Shown here: one piece after another, positions 55,100 to 64,000 of the stretch
Numbering within the stretch: position 1 is the stretch's first letter
Layout of the letters: each line of letters opens with the position of its first letter
NCBI RefSeq assembly: GCF_016432865.1
Contig: NC_067403.1
Coordinates: forward strand, 263,624,001-263,688,000
Source: Antechinus flavipes
Taxonomy: Eukaryota
Reading direction: 5' to 3'
DNA: 64,000 nt
Program-made: the position numbers and the translations under genes
Notes under the pieces: model-generated
Told to the model about the DNA's origin: nothing
What the model saw: only the letters and a program-made list of their open reading frames with translations
Database searches by the model: none

Positions 55100-56200
55100 T
55101 AGTGAGACTTGGAGCAATTTGGAACTGTGCCCAAAGGGCTATAAAACTGTACAGACCCTTTGATCCAGCAGTACCACTACTTCATAAAAAAGGGAAAGGC
55201 CCCACACACGCACAAATGTTTGTAGCAGCTCTTTGTGTGGTGGCAAGAGCTGGAAATTGAGTAGATGCCCATCAGTTGGGGAATGGCTGAACAAGCTGTG
55301 GTACAGGAAGGTCATGGGATATGTTCTATAAGAAGGTTCTGTGATGAGCAGCTGCAATGCAGTGATCCAGTACAATTCCAAAAGACTCGGGATGGAAATT
55401 GCCATCGGCAACCAGAAAACTGAATGTGGATCAAAGCACGGTATCTTTCCCCTTTTTATTGTTTGCTTTTTTTTCCTCATAGTTTTTTCCCCTCTTGGTC
55501 TGATTTTTCTTGCACAATGTGACAAATATGGAAATACATGTGGGATTGTACGTATTTAACCTCTATGAGATTGCTGTCTGGGAGAGGGGAGAGGTGGGGG
55601 AGGAAGGGAGAAAAAATTTGGAACATAAAACCTCACAGAAATGAATGTTGAAAATGATCTTTAACATGTATTTAGAAAAAACAAAATAACTCTTAATGGG
55701 GGGAATGATAAGCAGGTGGATTTCAGAGAAGCCTGGGAAGACTTACATTAACTGATGCTGAGCGAAGTGAGCAGAACCAGGAGAATATTGTACATAGTAA
55801 CAGTAAGATTATGTGGTAACTCTAACAGCCTTAACTCTCCTCAGCAAGACAATTCCAAAGTGAGAAAGAACCACGGAGAGCGAATGCAGAACAAAGCACA
55901 GTTTTCGCTTTTTTCCCTTTCTTAGAGTTTTCCCCTTTTGTTTTGATTTTCCTTTTACAACATGACTAATGTGGAAATGTTTAATATGATTGTATGTGTA
56001 TAACTTAGATTGTTTTCTGTCGGGGAGACGGGAAAGAGAGGGAAGGAAAAAATTGGAACTCAAAATTTTTCAAAAATAAATGTTGAAAACTCTTTACATG
56101 TAATTGGAGAAAAAGATATAATATTAAGGGGGGGGAGGAAAAGAAAGAGAGAGAGTTGAAGTTGGGAGAATGAGCCTGAGCAGGTGTTATACCCAATGAA
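55100..56200 (+). mobile_element. Fragmented L1 3' ends
   Basis: ggagcaatttggaactgtgcccaaagggctataaaactg...ccctttgatccagcagtaccactact; atgcccatcagttggggaatggctgaacaag; gaagtgagcagaaccaggaga; A-rich ends. Confidence 0.7.
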
Positions 56201-57139
56201 AAAAAAAAAAATCACCCAAGAAATATTAGAAACCACCCAGAAGGAAGTGAGAGGGGCCCCAGAAGGGAGTCAGGGAGGGCAGCACCTGAGAATGTGTTAT
56301 ATACCTTAACCCCCTCCCTTCCTTCCTATTTTGCCATTCTTCATATATGCAAATCCATTAGGTTTTGTTGGTGTTTCTCAAGAACAAGACAAAATAAAAA
56401 TCCATTAGTCAAGACTGGCTGGGTGAGTGTACCCAGGCCCGGAGGGCACCAGGAACCACCTTTGGCAGGCTCTGCTGGCCACATCAGGCCAGAGTGAGCA
56501 GAGTTCCAGGGAAGGAAGCTTCCCACAATGCTCTTGCCTTCTACACTGAGAGCAGGATGTGAGGCTTCCTTAAGGAAGGAAGGACTTAGGGCCCCTGCTC
56601 CCCTCCCTGAAGGGCTGCCACATGGGGCCCTGCCCTTTGGCTCCCAGTGATTTCACAATAGGCGACTCAATGATCTCCTGATGTTGTTTCTCTCCTTCTG
56701 GACCCTGAGCTTTCCAGGAGGCCCTCCATGTAGGAAGGGACAGTTAGCCTGGATTATCTGGGCCCCAAGGGAAGAGGAAGAAGGTCAGAGGGCAGGGAAA
56801 CATCCTCCATCTGCCTCTGCTCCTTCAGCTGCGGCTCTCCCAGGAAGGGGAAGAAGCAGGTTCTCACTTGTCTCGGGAGGCCAGGCCTTTACTGGACCTT
56901 CTCCAGACCTTTCTCCTGCCCAAACACCAGGATGAGGCTCCTGTTATAACCAGAAGAGAGAAAGCCTTGAGGTCAGTTTGGGCCTGGGGTTCCCAAGCAC
57001 TTCCCACTCTCTGCCCACCAGCCCAAAGGAAAGGGAAGACGGCATCTGAGTCAAAGGAGCCAAGTTCCTATTCCAGGTCTGATCACTGACCCCGTGTGCT
57101 CTTGGGTAGATCTCAGTACCTCTTTGTAAAATGAGGTGG

Positions 57140-57360
57140 CTGTGGTTCGGTCATGTCTGACTTCATGCTTTCGTTTGGGGTTTTCTGGGCAGAGATACAG
57201 CTGATTTTGCAGATGAGGAAACGGAGGCAAACAGGGCGCAGTGACTAGTCCAGGGTCACACAGTTAGTAGGTGTGGCCAGAGTTTAATTCGGGAAGATGA
57301 GGCTTCCTGACTTCAGGCCTGGGGCTCTGGGCACTAGGGTGCCCTCCAGTAAAACGAGGC
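57140..57360 (+). mobile_element. MAR1-type marsupial SINE
   Basis: gtcatgtctgacttc...tttggggttttctgggcagagatac...cagatgaggaaacggaggcaaacagg...cagggtcacacagttag. Confidence 0.7.
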
Positions 57361-58949
57361 TAGATACTAAATGACCCTCAAAGTCCTTTAGCTCCTAGGC
57401 CAGTCCCTCTGCTGAGGAGCTGACTGGATGAGGATGCTGGCGCGGGCAAGCGTTCCCGTCTCTAAACCTGGAGGTCAGAATGAGCAAAAGTGGGAGGGGA
57501 AGGGACTAGTCCCTGACCAACTGATGTGCCCAAGCATAGCTGGAATCCCTTCTGGGAGACTGGATAACCTGGGAATATCTGGAGCTGGGACCCAGGTGTG
57601 CACCCACCAGCTTATTTAGCCTCTGCTTTGTGCTTCTGGCAAAGAGAAAAGCAACCCCTTTGGGAGGCAGGGGAAGACTTCCCCTGAAGAACGGGCAGAT
57701 GATGCTCCAGAGGCAGCTGAAGCAGCCCTTGCTCAGACATTCGAGATACTACCCGGGTCGTTGGAGCTGCTCAGAATGAAGGCCAAACCTCAAAGGGGCT
57801 CTCCCAATGCAAACAGGAGCCAGTGGGAAATGACACAGGCACGGACGGAGCCAATCCCGAGGCCAGACAAGCAGGCCGAGAAGTGGGGGGCTGGGGGAGG
57901 GGGCTGACCGCACCCCAGGAGGGAGGGCTTTCCAAGCCAAGCCCGAGGCTGTGTTGGATCCCAGAAGTGAGGAGCCACTGGGGCTTTCTGAGCAGGACAT
58001 GGCATGGTCAGACCATCAATATGACTGCCCTTAGAGGAAGACCTGGGGGGGCTCTGCTGTTGTCTTGCCCGACTCTTCCTGACCCAGGGACAGCAGGACC
58101 CCAGGCCCTCCTGCCCTCCGCTGTCTCCAGAAGTGGCCAAGCTCACTGCTCCTGCACTGACCACCCGGCCATTCTCTGCCGGCCCCTCAGCAGCCTTTCC
58201 CGACATCGACCATCGGGGCTTTTCCAACGAGACCCATTTTCCCTTTAGGCGCCCAAAGGATTTCGGGGTCAGTGTTTGTCCTGTGGCAAACGCTTGGGCT
58301 GAATTTCTTTGATCTTGTCCAAGGGACTTTCCAGAGGCTTCATCAGCCTCAGTCATGTGGACTCAGTTTCCTCCTGGTCCAATTCTCACAGCCACTCGAT
58401 GCCCCTGGAGAACCCCCCGCCCGCCACTGTGCCCGTAATGCAACGTCTCTGGTTTTCGGCCGGCCCCGCTTCGCCCCCTGTCCTTCCCAGGGGCTTCAGT
58501 GGCGTGGGCGGGGACCCCGGGCCCCAGAATCGAGAACCTGGCGCTGAGTCCTCCTCCTCCCTCTTTGTCAGGAGTGGGGGGGCCATCGTCAAGATCTGGG
58601 GGGTCCATGTTAAGCTGGACCTTGGGTCACAGGGGCCAGCCCCCCTTGCTTTCTCCCAGAAGTCTAAGCGTCTGTTTGAGGCTAAGCACCTCGAGGGCAG
58701 GGCTGACCTTGCATCTGGGACCCAGCGGGGCGGCCACGGGGAGGTGCCCAGGTAGGTCTGTGTGTCTGTATTTGACCCTCCCTGTCTGTCTCCGTCTCTC
58801 TCCCCGCATCCACCTAAAGAGGAGGCAGAAGCAGGGAGGGGGCAGGAGGCGGGAGGGGGCAGGAGGCCGGAGGGAGACGAGGGCCCGGTGCCCTTGGTCA
58901 GTGGAGGGCCGATCTAAGTCCCAGATTCGGCTCCAGGCCCACCTTCCCA

Positions 58950-59900
58950 TCCCGGGCCGCCCTGCCTGAAGCTTTAACTCATCCCAGCGCTCCTCGAGGC
59001 CCTCTCCTCTTCCTCTACGGGTCCAGGCCGGGTCCGACTCTCCCGCCCTCTGCCTCCTGCCCGGGTGTCACTTGTTCCCCCCTCCCCCTCCCTCCCGGCC
59101 AGAGGCCCCAAGGAATTGCTGGGCTTTGCACACTTAAGCTCCCAAAGGAAGCCCCCGGGGCGCGGGGAGGAGAACTTTAACCCCTGGATCCGGCCGCCAC
59201 CCGCCCCCAGGCTCCGAGGCGCATGCACTGGGCGGGCCGGGCCGGGGGTGGGGAGGCGCGCTCAGTGACCCTCGGCCAGCCCCACTCGGGCGGCGCCGCC
59301 TTTGGATCGATCGATTCCTCTTCGGGAAAGGAGCCGGACTCTACGGATCGGAGGGGGAGGAAGGAGGGTCCCAAGCCCCGCCCTCGGGACGCCACACGGG
59401 AGGGAGCGTCAGCCGGGGGGGCAGGACCAAGGGGCCCCACGTGACCCCGGCTTCGGAGCGGCGCCTGCGCCGACAGGCGGGGTGCCGGGTGGGGCGGGCG
59501 GGGGAAGCAGGAGGCGGAGTCTGTGGCCATGGCGTCCGAGCGGCTCCCCAGCCGGCCCGCCTGCCTCATCGTGGCCAGCGCCGCCGCCCGCGGTGAGTCA
59601 TCGGCCGGGGCCGCCTCTGCGGAACCCCAAGCGCCCACTCGGGATGGGCCCCCCAGCCCCGGGGGTCGGGAAGGGATCCAGCTCCCGGCCCGGCTCCCGA
59701 CGCCGTCCTCCCCGCCCTCTCCTTCCCTCCTCCCTCCCGCGCCCCGTCCTTCGCCCCCGTGGCCAGTTCGAGTTGGACCTTTAGCCCGCTGCGGTCTGGG
59801 CCCGGGAGGCCCACCGCGTTCACACGGTCCTTTCCCCTGGCTGAGCTCAGTTAACTCATCTTTCACATGGGCCGCTACTCGGGCCCCGCGGGAGAAATGG
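58950..59900 (+). promoter_or_regulatory. GATD1 CpG island / promoter
   Basis: CpG-dense; GC boxes; E-box CACGTGAC at 59438-59445, about 85 bp upstream of the ATG. Confidence 0.7.
59529..59592 (+). CDS. GATD1: Glutamine amidotransferase-like class 1 domain-containing protein 1, exon 1 only
   Basis: gccATGG Kozak, then MASERLPSRPACLIVASAAAR and the donor G|GTGAGT (64 nt). Matches the human GATD1 N-terminus as recalled (MASERLPNRPACLLVAS) and its synteny next to CEND1. Exon 2 was not recognised in the window. Confidence 0.9.
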
Positions 59901-60409
59901 GGGCACGAGCCCGACCCTCCCAGGTAGACCTAAAGGGACCGTGTCCGGGCCTCTTCAGACTCAGTTTATCGGCTTCCAGATTCATCCGGGGCCTTGACCC
60001 AACAAATGGCAGTTCTGTTAAGGGCCCTGCTGGTCCCCCGCAGGCTCCGGTCTGTTCCTCATACGGAGTCAGCCTCAGCCACATGAACCGCACCCATGGG
60101 ATCGTGGCCATTTTTCTAGCAAAAGTTTCCCTAGTGAAGTTTCAGGCCTGGAGGGACCTTAGAGGTCGTGTGGCCCAGAAGGCCCGTGACCATCCGCTGT
60201 GAACAGGAGACCTCAGCTGCAGGGTTGCCTCTCAGTAAGGCAGGCTCCGAATCCTGCTCTCTCGGGCCTGGGCTCCTAACCACCCCCCCCCCCACCCCAC
60301 CCCCACTCACTCCCCCCCCTCTGGCCTCCAGGCCCCGTAGAACCTGGGGAACTCCAGGAGGGGGCTCTGGTCTAGATGCTGGCCCTGAAGTCTTTCTGGC
60401 AATTTAACA

Positions 60410-60690
60410 AGCAGTACCTATCACTTCCCACTTGTAAAATTGGGAGGCTAAGTGATCGGGAGGGGAGGGAGAGGAGAAGCATTTGCCAAGTTCCTGCTGT
60501 GTGCCTGGCACTGTGCTAATAGATTTACAGATATCTCGCGTGCGGGGCTATTGTGATGTCCACTTTACAGATGAGGGAATCGAGGCAGGCAGAGTTGAAA
60601 TGACTTGTCCAGGGTCACACAGGTGGGAAGCGTGAGGCTCCTCCACCTGGAACTCTGGACTTCCTGACTTCAGGCTCTGCACTGAAACAT
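60410..60690. mobile_element. MIR-like SINE fragment(s)
   Basis: tgtgcctggcactgtgctaa...ccactttacagatgagggaatcgaggcagg...tgacttgtccagggtcacacag. Confidence 0.65.
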
Positions 60691-61669
60691 AAACAAAACC
60701 AAACATGAATAAGACAGGATCTGTTCTCTGCAGCTGGCCTTTTCCTCACTTAAATGTGAAGGACTCCCCAAGGCTGTGAGCTTAGTGGGCGCCTCCCCAG
60801 ATACTCCAGCCCACCCACGGCCCAGGAGCTCGGCCTCGCTCCTCGTGGGGGTCTGAGCAGCTTCATCCAGACAGACGTAAAACTAGGTGGGGCTAAACCC
60901 ATCCTGTCCCGGGCCACAAAGGCCTTCCAGGGTGTCCAGGTAGCATTTGGTGGGGCAGATCCCTGCCTTCTCCCCCATAGACAAGGCCCCTGCCCAGTCT
61001 TAGTTTCCTCATCTATGCATGGAACTAATAATAGCACTTCCCTCCCAGGCTGTGGCTTGGGGTTTTGCAAAACCGAGAATGCTATGAAGTAGTGGCTGCC
61101 ATTATTGTGGCTATGCCATCCAGCACTGAACTCAAGCCCTATTGTTGCCTTTTGTCCAGAGCAACGGGGTCTGAGAGCCTCGATATGGGTTGGGCCAGGT
61201 GTGGTCAACCTTCCCCAGAGAAAGCTGCCCTAGCTGAAGCCCATTCCTCTTCTAGATGGAAATCACCAGGGCCAGGGTCCCACTAGAACCCAAGGGCCTA
61301 AGGCCCCGCTAGAACCTGAGGCCGGCTCCCCAGCTCTCCTTTTCACACTCACTATCCTCTCTGCCCTTTTTTCGAGCTTGCCCAGCGGCCCGCTGCCTTG
61401 GTCCCTGTCCCGTGTCCCCTTCTGAGCCCCTGTCCCTGCCTAGGGGCCTCTCCCTCCGACCTTTGTGTGTCAGGGATGAAGTTCACCTGAGACAGGAGAC
61501 GCAGGGGCCCTCTGCTCCCTTGCTATCTTCCTTATCTCGGATATCAAGTCCCGGGTGACGCATGTTGATTCTTTCAAAGGTCACTCTCCCTCTGGACAGA
61601 ATAACAGTAGGTCACCGAGGTCCCTCGGCATTCACTTATTGTCTCCATCCGCCTGAGCAGAAGGAGCCC

Positions 61670-62038
61670 TCTTTTTCCCCATTTTGTCTTTTTCTTTTTC
61701 TAATTCCAGTTTTATTTTCAGGTCCAAACATTCTCCCTCTCCTCCCTCCCACTTAGTGAGAAGACAGAAGAAATCCATTACTAATAGATCTGGCTAATAT
61801 GAAAACGTTACATATACACATATATAACCTATAACAAACTGCTTTTTTGTCTTGGAGAAGAGGGAGGGAAAGGAGGGAGGGAGGAAAAAGCTTTTATAAC
61901 CGGAAATCTTAAAAACGAATGTGGAAAACTATCGTTAAATATAATTGGAAAAATAAAATACTGTTGAAATTTGTAAAATAACCCAATAGCTATAATCATG
62001 AAAAACAGATTCCGGAGGAGTTCTTCTGTCCCCTCCCT
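61670..62038 (-). mobile_element. L1-like 3' tail fragment
   Basis: T-rich start, then ccaaacattctccctctcctccc...gagaagacagaag and A/T-rich blocks typical of marsupial L1 ends. Confidence 0.5.
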
Positions 62039-62189
62039 NNNNNNNNNNNNNNNNNNNNNNNNNNNNNNNNNNNNNNNNNNNNNNNNNNNNNNNNNNNNNN
62101 NNNNNNNNNNNNNNNNNNNNNNNNNNNNNNNNNNNNNNNNNNNNNNNNNNNNNNNNNNNNNNNNNNNNNNNNNNNNNNNNNNNNNNNNN
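62039..62189. other. Assembly gap (N run) followed by a GA-rich simple repeat
   Basis: 151 Ns; gagacagaga-type repeat to about 62305. Confidence 1.
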
Positions 62190-63259
62190 AGAGACCGAGT
62201 AAGAGAAAAAGATGGAGAGACAGAGACAGACACAGAGCGAGGCAGAGATGGAGAGAGAGAGACAGAGATGGGGAGACAGAGAGACAGAGACAGACCCAGA
62301 GAGAGTAGAAGCCAGGCTCCACCCTGCCTCTGAGTCTGACCTCCTGGCCTGGAGGCAGATAACATGTTTCATTATCAGCCCTCTAAAGTGTTGAACATTG
62401 TATCTAAGCATTTGCTACAATGTTGCCACCAATTCTCAATAACTTGGCCTCCTGGTTTGCTCCCTTGCTGTGTGCATTAGTGTCTTCCCGCAGGGAGCCC
62501 AGGGGCCGCCCACTGCCTTCCAGCTCTTTGCTTCCACCAAAGCCGAGCCCCTCTTTGTTTCGGGCTCATTGGGAGCTTTTGCCTCTGGAGGCCCTTCTTT
62601 CAGGGCCCAGTCACTCCTCCCTGTTTATCCCTCTGGGGGCTCTGGCCCAGAGTCGGGATGTGCTTTTTGGGTAGGTCTCTTTGAAAGACTTTTAACCATC
62701 AGTGGACTGTTCAACAAGCAGTTATTAGGTTTTTACTGAACCTGTTACTATCCATACAGGTCATGGGGATGTGGGGAAAAGCAAAATGTGGTTCCTGCCC
62801 TCGAGGAGCTTACTTCCTAGTGGGAGAGGCACCGAGGGGGCAGAACCCCCTTTAGAACGGGGGAGTCTGTGCAGCCAGGGAAGGCTCCCAAACAATGCGG
62901 GGCTCCTGGGCAGTCAGGGAAGGCGGGAGCGCATCCCCAAGAGTCCCTGGGCCTGCCAAGGCTGAGGCGTGGAGATGGAAGCCGAAGCGTTTTGTGTCGA
63001 GTTGGACGAGTAAGCCGTTAGGAACGGGCCATGGACCTCAAAGAGGGGGTAATAGTTATGGAGACTGGGAAGGTGTAGGAAGGTGCCGGGTTTAAATTAG
63101 AAATGGGAATTTTCATTTGAGCTGGGAGAAAGAGGGAGCCACTGGGATTTCTTGTACCGAGTAGGGAGCAGTAGGGTCGGGCTTGACTGCAGGAGGGTCA
63201 CTTTGACAGCTGAGTGGAAGACGGAGTGACGTGGGCAATGTTGAGGCAGGGAGGCTCTT

Positions 63260-63480
63260 TGGTGTTCTTCAGTGATGTCGGTCTCTTCGTGATCCTATTT
63301 GGCGTTTTTTGGCAGGGATACCAGAGTAGTTTGCCATTTCATTCTCCATTTTACAGATAAAAAAATCTAGGGATATGGTGAAGTGACTTGCCCAGGGTCA
63401 TAAAGCTAGGAAGCATTTGAGACCAGATTTGAACTCAGAAAGATGAGTCTCCTTGACTCCAGGCTTGGCATCCTGTGCCC
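63260..63480 (+). mobile_element. MAR1-type marsupial SINE
   Basis: ctcttcgtgatcctatttggcgtttttt...tttgccatttcattctccattttacagat...aagtgacttgcccagggtca...accagatttgaactcag. Confidence 0.75.
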
Positions 63481-64000
63481 TCTGGCATCCCTTCCCCGCC
63501 CAAGGAGATGAGGCCAGAAAGGAACTTATTGTAATAATCTAGGGGAGGAGTGGACACAGTGTGAGCTAGCAGCGAGGGTGAAAGAGGGTTCCCAGTGGAG
63601 GTGGATTGGGCAAGTCTTGGGTAAGAGAGAATGAAGACCGTAAAATGAATCCTGGGTGGGGACCCTGGGGGATTTGGAGGGGACGATGGCCTCCAAAGTA
63701 AAAGAGAAGTTTGGGCACAAGGAAGGTGTGGGGGAAGAATGAGAGGCTCAGAATTAATTCTTAGTGGCGCTTGCATGTGTCCCGTGGCCCAGTCACCCCA
63801 TTGGTGAGCCTTTGTAGAAAGAAACAAGCCCGCCTGGTCTTTTAGCCCTCTTCTTGGCTCCAGATTCAATGGGAGGTGATTCATTAATCCTTCGGCAAAC
63901 TCCCAGCTGATCGGGGGCCTCTCTCCCGGCCTCTGTCCTAGTGATTTTCTGATGATTCTCTGCCAGCAAAACAAGGCACGTGGTTTAAGGGCTTTTGATG

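Overview
GC-rich mammalian genomic DNA, most likely a marsupial (inferred from MAR1-type SINEs and marsupial-type L1 tails). It is syntenic with human 11p15.5 in reverse orientation. Gene order: PNPLA2 (-, exons 1-6, 3' end outside the window), RPLP2 (-, complete, hosting SNORA52), PIDD1 (+, head-to-head with RPLP2), SLC25A22 (+, complete), CEND1 (+, single coding exon) and GATD1 (+, first coding exon only). Exon boundaries were read by hand from GT/AG sites and reading-frame continuity; comparisons to human proteins and repeat consensuses are from memory, not database searches. Between SLC25A22 and CEND1 lies a 5.6 kb minus-strand endogenous retrovirus with two LTRs, a tRNA-Glu primer-binding site and a polypurine tract. 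It inserted into a 21-bp minisatellite and split it into two arms. The CEND1-GATD1 interval is mostly SINE/L1/LTR debris, with two N gaps in the last 11 kb. The most interesting points are a missing in-frame ATG in PIDD1 (1-nt frameshift or assembly error), a promoter-like CpG-rich expansion of one PIDD1 intron, the ERV-split minisatellite, and a CRE+MEF2 pair in the CEND1 intron. I found no convincing evidence of a wholly new biological system. Most listed six-frame ORFs are GC- or repeat-driven artefacts.
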